In this document: positions 10,405 to 19,725 of the stretch, one piece after another
Layout: each line of letters begins with the position of its first letter
Position numbering within the stretch: position 1 is the first letter of the stretch
From: Clostridia bacterium
GTDB lineage: Bacteria; Bacillota; Clostridia; TANB77; CAG-508
Length of the DNA stretch: 64,000 bases
Assembly (NCBI GenBank): GCA_017626365.1
Contig: JAGAIV010000036.1
Coordinates: 31,104-95,103, forward strand
Direction: 5' to 3'
Translations under genes and position numbers: made by a program
The notes under the pieces: generated by a model
What the model saw: only the letters and a program-made list of their open reading frames with translations
Database searches by the model: none
Told to the model about the DNA's origin: nothing

Positions 10405-10776
10405 ATGCAAATAAAATGCGGAATTGATATCATTGAAATTTCAAGAATTCAAGAATCCATTGAAGATACAAATGGAAGATTCTTAGAAAGAGTATATACG
10501 AAATCAGAAATTGATTACTGTGAATCAAAAAGCAAAGTAAAATATCAGCATTATGCTGCAAGGTTTGCTGCAAAAGAAGCATTCTTTAAAGCAATTTCGG
10601 AGTCTTTTCCAAAATATGATATTACATGGAAAGATATTGAAGTAACCAATGACCAAAATGGAAGACCTAAAATTAATATGTTATCAAAACAAATTCCAAA
10701 TGTAGAAAGTATTGATATTAGTATATCGCACTGCAAAGAATATGCAGTAGCAAGTGTTAGCGTGTTATTAAAATAG
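10405..10776 (+). CDS. acpS: Holo-[acyl-carrier-protein] synthase
   Basis: N-terminus (I/G)IDIIEI.RI plus the RFAAKEA(F)FKA motif. Size is about 120 aa. Confidence 0.85.
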   Translation: MQIKCGIDIIEISRIQESIEDTNGRFLERVYTKSEIDYCESKSKVKYQHYAARFAAKEAFFKAISESFPKYDITWKDIEVTNDQNGRPKINMLSKQIPNVESIDISISHCKEYAVASVSVLLK

Positions 10777-10789
10777 GAGAGGAGAAATT

Positions 10790-11566
10790 ATGGAACTATT
10801 CGATTCACATTGCCATTTAGATGATGAGAAATTTGACCAAGATCGAGAAGAGATAATTTCTCATATTTTTTCTTCAGGTGTAACAAAATTAATTAGTGCA
10901 GGCTATAGCCTAGAAGGTTCTAAAAAAGCAATCGAACTTACCAGTAAGTATCCACAAATTTATACAGTAAGTGGAATATCGCCAAACGATATTTTAGAAA
11001 ATGTGGAAAAAATAGAAGAACAAATTAATGAAATTGAAAAGTATGCGAAAAATGAAAAAGTAGTTGGAATTGGAGAAATTGGTTTAGACTATTATTGGAA
11101 TAAAGAAAATAAAGATTTGCAACAGTTTGCATTTATAAAACAAATCGAACTTGCAAACAGTCTAAACTTACCGATTGTAATTCATACAAGGGATGCTGTA
11201 GCAGATACCATAGAAATCTTAAAGAAACATCCAGTAAATAAAAAAGGCGTTTTTCATTGCTGTCCACTAAATCCAGAATTAATAAAAGAAGCCTTAAAAC
11301 TAGGATTCTACATCTCCTTTGCAGGACCAATTACTTTTAAAAACTCAAAAAATGCAGATGAAGTAATTAACCTAGTACCAGACGATAGAATTCTAATTGA
11401 AACCGATAGCCCATACCTATCACCAGAACCAAACCGTGGAAAACGAAACGATTCTAGCAATGTAAAATACATTGCCCAAAAAATTGCAAATGTCAAAGGA
11501 TATGCAGTGGAAAAGGTAGCAAAAATGACATATGACAATGCTTGCCGAATTTTTGAAATAAAGTAA
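10790..11566 (+). CDS. tatD: TatD-family metal-dependent hydrolase/DNase
   Basis: N-terminal MELFDSHCHLDDEKF. TatD signature histidines are present. Confidence 0.85.
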   Translation: MELFDSHCHLDDEKFDQDREEIISHIFSSGVTKLISAGYSLEGSKKAIELTSKYPQIYTVSGISPNDILENVEKIEEQINEIEKYAKNEKVVGIGEIGLDYYWNKENKDLQQFAFIKQIELANSLNLPIVIHTRDAVADTIEILKKHPVNKKGVFHCCPLNPELIKEALKLGFYISFAGPITFKNSKNADEVINLVPDDRILIETDSPYLSPEPNRGKRNDSSNVKYIAQKIANVKGYAVEKVAKMTYDNACRIFEIK

Positions 11567-11677
11567 AGGAAATAAAAATAAAGGTATAAACAAAATTAAT
11601 TTGTTCGCTTGTTTTATAAAGGAAAATATTGTAAGATAAGACTAACCTTTTCTTAAAGGCAGAAAGGGGGGAAACAA

Positions 11678-11770
11678 ATGACAAATGCAGAACTTATTTT
11701 GCGATTAGTAGAAATGCTTTTGAAACAAAAGGAAGAATCTATGAAAGCAGAAGAAAAGGGCAAAGACTAA
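11678..11770 (+). CDS. Small ORF (30 aa, MTNAELILRLVEMLLKQKEESMKAEEKGKD), absent from the ORF track
   Basis: RBS aaagggggg lies 7 nt upstream of the ATG. A hairpin with a T-run follows at 11793..11826. Confidence 0.3.
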   Translation: MTNAELILRLVEMLLKQKEESMKAEEKGKD

Positions 11771-11792
11771 CTGTATACAATACATAGTCAAA

Positions 11793-11826
11793 ACAGAGTA
11801 GATGTTGTGGTCTACTCTGTTTTTTG
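11793..11826 (+). terminator. Rho-independent terminator. A second hairpin at 11838..11860 with an upstream A-run serves the minus-strand htpX
   Basis: acagagtagat-gttgtgg-tctactctgt + ttttt; then gtatgtgta-gttgt-gtacacatac preceded by aaaaaa. Confidence 0.7.
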
Positions 11827-11939
11827 TATAAAAAAAGTATGTGTAGTTGTGTACACATACAAAACAAATGACGTCCGCAGAACTGGACACATTTTTAATG
11901 TAACTATATAATAGCATATAATTAAGAAACTGTCAAATT

Positions 11940-12845
11940 TTATTTTATATTTCGTAGTGCTTCAATACGATCCTCTGTACTTGGGTGAGTGGAGAACCAA
12001 CTTGTTTTTCTTTTCTTATTAGCATCTTTTCTAAAAGGTTCTGAAATATACATATGTGCTGTTGCAGAGCTTGCTGTTTTTAGCTCATTTGGGTCAGCAG
12101 ATATTTTTTGTAAGGCAGAGATTAGTCCATCCGGGTTTCTAGTAAATTCCACTGCTGTTGCATCTGCTAAAAATTCTCTTCTTCTCGATACTGCAAGTTG
12201 TAACAATTTTGCAAAAATAGGAGATAGTACCATAAGAAGAAGTCCTAAAATTGCCATAATACCACCAAACTTCGAATCATGGTCATCATCTAAATCCCTC
12301 CATAAGAAAGAACGACTAAGCCAATCGGTAATCATAACAATAAATCCAACCATAACCGAAATAACAGCAGATAAGCGAATATCATAATTCTTAATATGAG
12401 CAAGCTCGTGAGCAATAACTCCTTCTAACTCATAATATTCTAGCTTTTCTAATAATCCTGTTGTAACACAAATAACAGCATGTTCTGGATTTCTACCAGT
12501 TGCAAATGCATTAGGTTGGGTATCTTCTACTACATATAAACGAGGTTTAGCACTAACTCCACTACTAATCATTAAAGCATCTAAAATACCAATAATTTTA
12601 TGATCTTCTTCTTGTGTAGCAGGTCGTGCTTTGCAAGAAGCAAGAACAATTTTATCACAGTTATAATAAGTAAGAAATGCGGAACCTATGGAAAAAATAA
12701 GGGCGATTACAATCGAGGTAGCTCCTAAGTCAAATGCCATACAAATATAATATACAATTAAAGTAACAAGTAATATAAATATAGAAACAATAAATCCAGT
12801 TTTTATTTTATTTTTTCTAATATCTTCGAACATTTTAATCACCAT
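11940..12845 (-). CDS. htpX: HtpX-like M48 zinc metalloprotease
   Basis: N-terminal TM helices. HELAH(IKN) zinc motif. Confidence 0.8.
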   Translation of the reverse strand: MVIKMFEDIRKNKIKTGFIVSIFILLVTLIVYYICMAFDLGATSIVIALIFSIGSAFLTYYNCDKIVLASCKARPATQEEDHKIIGILDALMISSGVSAKPRLYVVEDTQPNAFATGRNPEHAVICVTTGLLEKLEYYELEGVIAHELAHIKNYDIRLSAVISVMVGFIVMITDWLSRSFLWRDLDDDHDSKFGGIMAILGLLLMVLSPIFAKLLQLAVSRRREFLADATAVEFTRNPDGLISALQKISADPNELKTASSATAHMYISEPFRKDANKKRKTSWFSTHPSTEDRIEALRNIK

Positions 12846-12885
12846 CTTTTAAAATAGGAGTAGGATATTACCTACTCCTTAAAAA

Positions 12886-13440
12886 TTAATTACCAAAATC
12901 TACTTTTACATTTTTTCTTGCTTCATCTGAATCTACTTTAAATAATTCAGCTGGTTCAAAATGGAACATAGAAGCAATGATATTAGAAGGGATAACTTCT
13001 AATTTTGTATTGTAAATTGTAACGCTATCATTGTAGAATTGTCTTGAGAAAGAAATCTTGTTTTCTGTATTTTGAAGTTCTTCTTGCAATTCAGAAAAGT
13101 TTTGATTTGCTTTTAATTCTGGATAGCTTTCTGATACAGCCATAATTGTTTTTAATGTACCAGATAATTGGTTATTTAATTCAGCTTTTTCAGAAACACT
13201 AGATGCATTAGCCCAAGATGTTCTAAGTTCAGCAATTTTAGTTAAAGTATCTTCTTCATGCTTCATATATCCTTTAACTGTTTCAACTAAATTTGGAATT
13301 AAATCAAATCTTCTTTGTAATTGAACATCGATTTGACTCCATGCATTTCTAACTTTTTGTCTTAATCTTACTAAATTGTTGTAAATACTAATTACGAATA
13401 AAACTAGTAAAACAACAATAACTAATATAATCCAACCCAT
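12886..13440 (-). CDS. lemA: LemA family protein
   Basis: N-terminal TM helix plus LemA-like sequence. The lemA–htpX pairing is common. Confidence 0.8.
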   Translation of the reverse strand: MGWIILVIVVLLVLFVISIYNNLVRLRQKVRNAWSQIDVQLQRRFDLIPNLVETVKGYMKHEEDTLTKIAELRTSWANASSVSEKAELNNQLSGTLKTIMAVSESYPELKANQNFSELQEELQNTENKISFSRQFYNDSVTIYNTKLEVIPSNIIASMFHFEPAELFKVDSDEARKNVKVDFGN

Positions 13441-13580
13441 TTTAAATCCTCCTTTGAAAATTGATATAATTAATCATAGCATATTTTTATAAAATATACA
13501 ATAAAAATTTGAAAAAATACTTGTACATTTATGTGTCTAGTGCTAAAATAGAAAAAATGTCGAAAAAAGGAGAGATAAGA

Positions 13581-14456
13581 ATGAATGTACTAAATTTAGA
13601 TGATTTTAGCACAGAGGAAATCAATCACATACTTGATTTGGCAGAAGAATTTAAAAGCGGAAAAAAAGTAGATTATCAAGGAAAAAAGGTGGTAGCAAAT
13701 TTGTTTTTTGAACCATCTACAAGAACACATTATAGTTTTGATATGGCAGCATTAAAATTAGGGTGTAAAACACAAAATTTTGATGCTGTTAATTCAAGTC
13801 TAAAAAAAGGAGAAAGCCTATATGATACTGTAAAAACGTTCGAAATGTTTGGAACAGATGCTGTTGTTATAAGACATGTAGAAAATGAGTATTATGATCA
13901 ATTAGTTGGAAAAATCAATATTCCAATTTTGAATGCAGGTGATGGAACAGGAAATCATCCATCCCAATCTCTTTTAGATTTATTAACTATTCGTCAGGAG
14001 TTTGGAAAATTTGAAGGATTAAAAGTAGTTATTGTTGGAGATATTAGACATTCTAGAGTTGCTCATACCAATTTTAAAGTCATGAAAAGATTAGGAATGG
14101 AAGTATATACATCAGGACCAGAGGAATATAGAGAAGAAGGATTTAATTTTGTTGAATTTGATGAGATTATTGATAAAGTTGATGTTGTAATGCTTCTTAG
14201 AGTACAACATGAAAGACATAGTCAAAAAATGAATGAAACGGTAGAAGAGTATCACGAAGCCTATGGATTAAATCAAAAAAGAGTAGAAAAAATGAAAAAT
14301 ACTGCTATTATTATGCATCCAGCACCATTTAATAGAAATGTAGAAATTGCAGATGATGTAGTAGAATGCGAAAAATCGCGCATTTTTAAACAGATACAAA
14401 ATGGTGTATTCGTAAGAATGGCATTAATTCATATGGTTTTAGGAGAAAATGTATAA
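13581..14456 (+). CDS. pyrB: Aspartate carbamoyltransferase catalytic subunit. It is a solitary pyrB with no other pyr genes nearby
   Basis: EPSTRTHYSF and HPSQ(S)LLD motifs. RBS aggagag precedes the ATG at 13581. The track start 13509 is an upstream in-frame Met. Confidence 0.85.
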   Translation: MNVLNLDDFSTEEINHILDLAEEFKSGKKVDYQGKKVVANLFFEPSTRTHYSFDMAALKLGCKTQNFDAVNSSLKKGESLYDTVKTFEMFGTDAVVIRHVENEYYDQLVGKINIPILNAGDGTGNHPSQSLLDLLTIRQEFGKFEGLKVVIVGDIRHSRVAHTNFKVMKRLGMEVYTSGPEEYREEGFNFVEFDEIIDKVDVVMLLRVQHERHSQKMNETVEEYHEAYGLNQKRVEKMKNTAIIMHPAPFNRNVEIADDVVECEKSRIFKQIQNGVFVRMALIHMVLGENV

Positions 14457-14535
14457 AAAATACTTGTACAAAAAGAATATCTATGATATATTTTTATCGT
14501 AGATATTTTTATTTAAAAAGTTGAGGTGTAACTTT

Positions 14536-15264
14536 ATGGAGAACGAAGTTATGGATAAAGACAAAAAAACAATTCTAATTGTAGATGATGAGCAACATAT
14601 CGTAGATATTCTAGTGTATAATTTGGAAAAAGAGGGATACAACACATTGCAAGCAAATGATGGAATAACAGCGGTTGATATTGCTCTAAATCAAAAACCA
14701 GATTTAATTTTATTAGATATTATGCTTCCAAAAATGGATGGATTAGCAGTCTGCAAAAAGATTCGTCATACATTAAATGTTCCAATTTTAATGCTAACTG
14801 CAAAAGATGAAGAAATTGATAAAATTCTAGGATTAGAATTAGGGGCAGATGATTATGTAACAAAACCATTTAGTGTAAGAGAATTAATGGCAAGAATTAA
14901 AGCTAATTTAAGAAAAGCAGAAATTTCTTCTGGAACAGTAGAAGAAAAAATAGAAAATACAAATAAAATTGTAGTGGGAGATTTGAGTTTAGATTTAGAT
15001 AAATTCGAAGTGAGAGTAAAAGGAGAAGTAGTTGACCTAACACTAAGAGAATTTGAAGTTTTAAAATATTTAGCAAATCAACCTGGACAAGTTATTACAA
15101 GAGAAGTATTGCTAGAAAAAGTATGGGGATACGAATATTATGGCGATATTAGAACCGTTGATGTTACTGTAAGAAGAATTCGTGAAAAAATTGAAAAAGA
15201 TACATCCGCTCCAAAAATCTTAATTACAAAAAGAGGAGTCGGCTATTATATAGCATCAAAATAA
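14536..15264 (+). CDS. OmpR-family response regulator (WalR/YycF-like)
   Basis: Receiver domain (ILIVDDE..D) plus winged-helix C-terminus. RBS gaggtg precedes the ATG at 14536. Confidence 0.8.
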   Translation: MENEVMDKDKKTILIVDDEQHIVDILVYNLEKEGYNTLQANDGITAVDIALNQKPDLILLDIMLPKMDGLAVCKKIRHTLNVPILMLTAKDEEIDKILGLELGADDYVTKPFSVRELMARIKANLRKAEISSGTVEEKIENTNKIVVGDLSLDLDKFEVRVKGEVVDLTLREFEVLKYLANQPGQVITREVLLEKVWGYEYYGDIRTVDVTVRRIREKIEKDTSAPKILITKRGVGYYIASK

Positions 15265-15273
15265 GAAATAATG

Positions 15274-15369
15274 TGTAGGGGTCAATGCCCTCATCGACCC
15301 GTTTTCGTGAAATGTATAGTATAACAATACAAATTTAAAAACGGGTCGACGAAGGCGTCGACCCCTACA
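15274..15369. repeat. Family-2 GC-rich palindromic element. Two inverted GTAGGGGTCGAC hairpins flank a 40 nt AT-rich core, inserted between the RR and HK genes
   Basis: tgtaggggtcaatgccctcatcgacccgtttt ... aaaacgggtcgacgaaggcgtcgacccctaca. The arms are reverse complements with a few mismatches. Confidence 0.65.
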
Positions 15370-15402
15370 TTTAAGATGAAAAAGATTTAAGGGGATAAAA
15401 AA

Positions 15403-16758
15403 ATGGTTAAAAATGTACAATTAAAAATTATCTTAATTTTTACAATAATAACAATTATTCTACTTACAGGAGTAAGTCTATATTTTCTACATAATGTGCA
15501 AAACATAAATACACAAATTGCACTATTAGAAAATAAAATAGAACTAGCAAATCAAACAAAGAATTTAATTGAACAAGGAACATTACTTACAATTTGTTCA
15601 ATTGCCATATTTTGTTTTATTGTAATACTAATAGCATTTATTACTGCAAAAGTAACAACACCTATGAATAAATTAATTAGTAGTGCAAAACGTATTGCAG
15701 AAAATGAAGAAGGAGAAATATCAAGACAAAAAAATCAAATAGAAACTATTCTATTACATATGACAGATGGTATTATTGCATTTAATATGGAGGGAAAAAT
15801 TATTTTAGTAAATCCTGCAGCAACAAGGCTTTTGAGAATTATGCCAGAAGATGATACGTTTGAAAAAATATTTGAAAAATTAGATGTAGAAATCAATATG
15901 GAAAAAATTATTTACCTAGATAACTGGACTTCATCAGAAGAAAGAGTTACTTTAGGAGATAAGCATATCAATTTATTTTTTGCACCTTTAAAAGAAGAAG
16001 ACGAAAGACCAGCAGGAGTTATGGTAGTGATTCAAGATATCACAGAGCATGTAAAATTAGACAATATGAGAAAAGAATTTGTTGCTGATGTATCACATGA
16101 ATTAAAAACACCAATTACTTCTATTATGGGATATGCTGATACTTTATTAGAAGGAGAATATGATAAACAAACACAAGATAAGTTCCTAAATGTAATTGCA
16201 GCAGAAGCAAGAAGAATGGCGAAATTAGTGACTGACCTTTTAGCATTATCAAGATTTGATAATAACCAAGTAAAACAACAAAAAGAAGAATTTGACCTAG
16301 GTGAACTCGTAAAGAAATGCCAAGAAAAAGTACAACCACAAATTAACCAAAAAAAGCATCAAGTAGAATGCTTTGTAACAGCCAATGTTCCACCAGTCTA
16401 TGCTGACAAAGATGGAATCGAAAGAGTTGTTCTAAACATCTTAACCAATAGTATCAAATATACCAAAGAAAGTGGACATATAAAGATATATGTGGGATTT
16501 GTATATAACGATGCTTATATAAAAGTAATTGACAATGGAATTGGTATTCCAGAAGCCGACCTTTCTAGAATATTTGAAAGATTCTACCGTGTCGACAAAG
16601 CTCGTACACGTGAAATGGGAGGAACCGGACTTGGGCTATCCATTGCTAAAGAAATACTAGATAGAAATAATGGAAGTATTGATATAAAGAGTGAATATGG
16701 AAAAGGAACAGAAGTTGTTATTCGTATTCCAACCGTTCAAGATAAAAATAGAATATAG
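15403..16758 (+). CDS. Sensor histidine kinase (PAS + HisKA + HATPase), partner of the upstream RR
   Basis: TM region, PAS-like segment, H-box ADVSHELKTP, and G-boxes (GGTGLGLSI). Confidence 0.8.
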   Translation: MVKNVQLKIILIFTIITIILLTGVSLYFLHNVQNINTQIALLENKIELANQTKNLIEQGTLLTICSIAIFCFIVILIAFITAKVTTPMNKLISSAKRIAENEEGEISRQKNQIETILLHMTDGIIAFNMEGKIILVNPAATRLLRIMPEDDTFEKIFEKLDVEINMEKIIYLDNWTSSEERVTLGDKHINLFFAPLKEEDERPAGVMVVIQDITEHVKLDNMRKEFVADVSHELKTPITSIMGYADTLLEGEYDKQTQDKFLNVIAAEARRMAKLVTDLLALSRFDNNQVKQQKEEFDLGELVKKCQEKVQPQINQKKHQVECFVTANVPPVYADKDGIERVVLNILTNSIKYTKESGHIKIYVGFVYNDAYIKVIDNGIGIPEADLSRIFERFYRVDKARTREMGGTGLGLSIAKEILDRNNGSIDIKSEYGKGTEVVIRIPTVQDKNRI

Positions 16759-16839
16759 TATTTATATATTGATAAAACTAAAAAATTGGGATATAATTAA
16801 AAAAGTTTACAAATACATGATAGAAGGGAAGAAATTATA

Positions 16840-17490
16840 ATGAACGAAGAGGGAAAATGGAAACTAAAAGAGATTTTAGAATGGGTGTATTGCATTGTAA
16901 TTGCAATTGTTTTAGCATTACTAGTACGTTATTTTATAGGGACACCAACCATTGTTCAACAACCTTCTATGTGGCCAACATTAAAACAAGGACAACGATT
17001 AATTTTAAATAGAACCATTAGAACAACAAAGACAATGCCGCAAAGAGGAGATATTGTTACTTTTGAAGCTCCAAGTCAAGCATATGTATCTGCAATAGAT
17101 GCTAATTTAGAAAAGCCAATTGCTGTTTATGATTATAAGATTAATAATATTTTTTCAAAATTCCGTTATTATGTATTAGAAATTGGAAAAACAAGTTATA
17201 TAAAACGTGTTATTGGTCTTCCAGGGGAACATGTTAAAATAGAAAACGGAAAAGTATATATTAACGGAAATGAACTAGACGAACCTTATTTACAAGATAA
17301 TGTTACGACAGATTCATTACAAGGAAGCTTTACTGATATCACTGTTCCAGAAGGATGTTTATTTGTAATGGGAGACAATCGTTCTCAAAGTACAGACTCT
17401 AGAAGGTTTGGGTGCATTCCATTAGAAAAAATAGAAAGCAAAGTATGGATTCGCTTCTGGCCATTTGATTTATTTGGAAAAGTACAATAA
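16840..17490 (+). CDS. lepB: Signal peptidase I
   Basis: S26 motifs (PSM.PTL.., GDNR.QS.DSR.FG). Confidence 0.85.
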   Translation: MNEEGKWKLKEILEWVYCIVIAIVLALLVRYFIGTPTIVQQPSMWPTLKQGQRLILNRTIRTTKTMPQRGDIVTFEAPSQAYVSAIDANLEKPIAVYDYKINNIFSKFRYYVLEIGKTSYIKRVIGLPGEHVKIENGKVYINGNELDEPYLQDNVTTDSLQGSFTDITVPEGCLFVMGDNRSQSTDSRRFGCIPLEKIESKVWIRFWPFDLFGKVQ

Positions 17491-17502
17491 AAATAATTTG
17501 TA

Positions 17503-17540
17503 TGGGTTGCATATCATGCAACCCATTTGTTTTTACCATA
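17503..17540 (+). terminator. Rho-independent terminator after lepB
   Basis: atgggttgcatat-catgcaacccat followed by ttgttttt. Confidence 0.75.
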
Positions 17541-17624
17541 TAATTTAATAAAATCCATTGATAAATTAATAAAAATGAGATATAATGCTTAAGTAGCAAA
17601 TGATTAATGAAGAGGAATTAGATT

Positions 17625-18512
17625 ATGGCTTTTGAAAATTTAATTGGAAATGATAAAATAAAAGATTTGCTTTGTAAAATGATAGAACAAGATAAAATAA
17701 CACATAGTTATTTATTTTTAGGACCAAGTGGAGTTGGAAAAACCCTATTTGCAAAAGAATTTGCAAAGATGATTTTATGCTTGTCCGAAAAGAAGGGATG
17801 CGGAAGTTGTAAATCTTGTTTGCAGTTTAATGAAAATAATCAGCCAGATTTTATTTTTATTGAACCAGAAGATGGAACAATTAAAATTGAAAAAATAAGA
17901 CAAATGCAAGCAAAAGTACTAGAAAAGCCTATTATTTCTTCGAAAAAAGTATATGTAATAAAAGACGCAGATACAATGACAAAAGAAGCACAGAATTGTT
18001 TGCTAAAAACGTTAGAAGAACCACCTGCATTTATTACTATTATCTTAATAGGTGCAAATGAAAGTCTATTTTTAAATACGATTCGTTCTCGTTGTATGAA
18101 GATTTTGTTTCAAAAAATTGAAAATGAAACACTAGGACAATATTTGCAACAAAAACATATAACAGAAAATTTAACAAAAGAACGATTAGTATCTTTTAAT
18201 GGAAGTATTGAAAGAGCTATCAAAATAGAAGAAAAAAAAGAGATATACGATGAAATAGAAAAGATTTTTTCTAATATAGATAACTATACATTACTAGATG
18301 TAATAGGAAAATTAGATTGTCTATATAAAAACAAAGATATAATTTATGATATATTAGACTATATTACAATTTTATTTATGAAAAAAGCGATACACAAGAC
18401 AAAATATATTTCATATATAGAAACAATTGAAGAAGTAAAAAAGAATCTAAAATTAAATAGCAATTATGACATGAGTATTGATAAAATTTTATACAAAATA
18501 TGGGAGGAATAA
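17625..18512 (+). CDS. holB: DNA polymerase III delta' subunit
   Basis: Walker A GPSGVGKT and the zinc-module CxxC. The gene precedes a PSP1 gene, as in Bacillus holB-yaaT. Confidence 0.8.
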   Translation: MAFENLIGNDKIKDLLCKMIEQDKITHSYLFLGPSGVGKTLFAKEFAKMILCLSEKKGCGSCKSCLQFNENNQPDFIFIEPEDGTIKIEKIRQMQAKVLEKPIISSKKVYVIKDADTMTKEAQNCLLKTLEEPPAFITIILIGANESLFLNTIRSRCMKILFQKIENETLGQYLQQKHITENLTKERLVSFNGSIERAIKIEEKKEIYDEIEKIFSNIDNYTLLDVIGKLDCLYKNKDIIYDILDYITILFMKKAIHKTKYISYIETIEEVKKNLKLNSNYDMSIDKILYKIWEE

Positions 18513-19438
18513 TCTTGAAAGAAATAATAGGTGTAAGATTTAAAAGACCTGGAAAAATATATTTTTTTGACCCAAAACATTATAAAGTAAAAAAAGGACA
18601 ACATGTTATTGTAGAAACTCAAATGGGACAAGAATTTGCGGAAGTTGTTATTGAAAACAAATTGATTCCAGAAGAAAAAATAGAAAATGAATTAAAACCA
18701 ATTCTAAGAGTTGCAGGCTATAAGGATTATAAACACAATGAAGAAAATAAAGAAAAAGAAAAAGAAGCATTTGCACTTTGCGAAGAACAAATAAAAAAAC
18801 ATAAACTAGATATGAATTTAACAGATGTAGAATATAAATTTGATAATAGTAAAATATTATTCTATTTTACAGCAGATGGAAGAATTGATTTTAGAGATTT
18901 AGTAAAAGACTTAGCAGCTATTTTTAAAACAAGAATTGAACTTCGTCAGATTGGAGTAAGAGATGAAGTTAAAAGAATTGGCGGAAATGGTATTTGTGGA
19001 AGACAACTATGTTGTACATCTTTTTTACCAAACTTTGAGACAGTGTCTATAAAAATGGCAAAAGAACAAAATATTTCATTAAATCCATCTAAAATATCTG
19101 GAAATTGTGGAAGATTAATGTGTTGTTTAAAATATGAAGAAGAAGCATATCTTGATAAATTAAAAAAACTACCTAAAGTAGGGGCAATTGTAAAAGCAGA
19201 AGAAGATGGAGAAGGAATTGTAGATTCTGTAGAAATATTAAAAGAAAAAGTAAGAGTAAAATTCAAAGATAAAGAAGGATTCTATTACAAAAAATTTGGC
19301 GCTGAAGAACTAAAAATAATAAAAGACGTAGAAGAAAAAGACGAAATGGAAGGTGTAGACAAAGAAGAATTAAGAGAACTACGAAAACTAGAAAAATTAG
19401 AAGAAGAAGACAAAAAGAATCAAGCAGAAGATATGTAA
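18500..19438 (+). CDS. ricT: PSP1-domain protein (stage 0 sporulation YaaT/RicT-like)
   Basis: PSP1 C-terminal domain signature with a Cys-rich stretch (GICGRQLCC..GNCGRLMCC). The order holB-yaaT is conserved. Confidence 0.75.
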   Translation: MGGIILKEIIGVRFKRPGKIYFFDPKHYKVKKGQHVIVETQMGQEFAEVVIENKLIPEEKIENELKPILRVAGYKDYKHNEENKEKEKEAFALCEEQIKKHKLDMNLTDVEYKFDNSKILFYFTADGRIDFRDLVKDLAAIFKTRIELRQIGVRDEVKRIGGNGICGRQLCCTSFLPNFETVSIKMAKEQNISLNPSKISGNCGRLMCCLKYEEEAYLDKLKKLPKVGAIVKAEEDGEGIVDSVEILKEKVRVKFKDKEGFYYKKFGAEELKIIKDVEEKDEMEGVDKEELRELRKLEKLEEEDKKNQAEDM

Positions 19439-19495
19439 AAAGCGTCTTAAATATTTAAATTTATAATATATATACTAATAAAGGAGGCGAAAATT

Positions 19496-19672
19496 ATGGC
19501 ATATAAAATTACAGATAAATGTATTAGTTGTGGAGCATGTGCAGCAAACTGCCCAGTAGAATGTATTTCACAAGGTGATGAAAGATATGTAATAGATAAA
19601 GATGCATGCATTGGATGTGGAACATGTGCAGGTGTTTGTCCAGTAGATGCACCAGTTGAAGATGAAGAATAG
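19496..19672 (+). CDS. fdx: 2×[4Fe-4S] ferredoxin (58 aa), missing from the ORF track
   Basis: MAYKITDKCISCGACAANCP..CIGCGTCAGVCPVDAP has two CxxCxxCxxxCP motifs. RBS aaaggagg precedes the ATG. The minus-strand track ORF 19447..19698 is its spurious antisense. Confidence 0.8.
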   Translation: MAYKITDKCISCGACAANCPVECISQGDERYVIDKDACIGCGTCAGVCPVDAPVEDEE

Positions 19673-19687
19673 ATAGAAAAATAAAAC

Positions 19688-19725
19688 AAAACAAGCAACC
19701 TTAATGGTTGCTTGTTTTATTTTTT
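19688..19725. terminator. Bidirectional terminator between fdx (+) and the por operon (-)
   Basis: acaagcaacc-ttaa-tggttgcttgt flanked by A-rich and T-rich runs. Confidence 0.7.

Noticed and set aside
19447-19698. Minus-strand 83-aa ORF from the track
   Set aside because: Antisense to a textbook 2×[4Fe-4S] ferredoxin with a strong RBS on the plus strand. Low-complexity translation.
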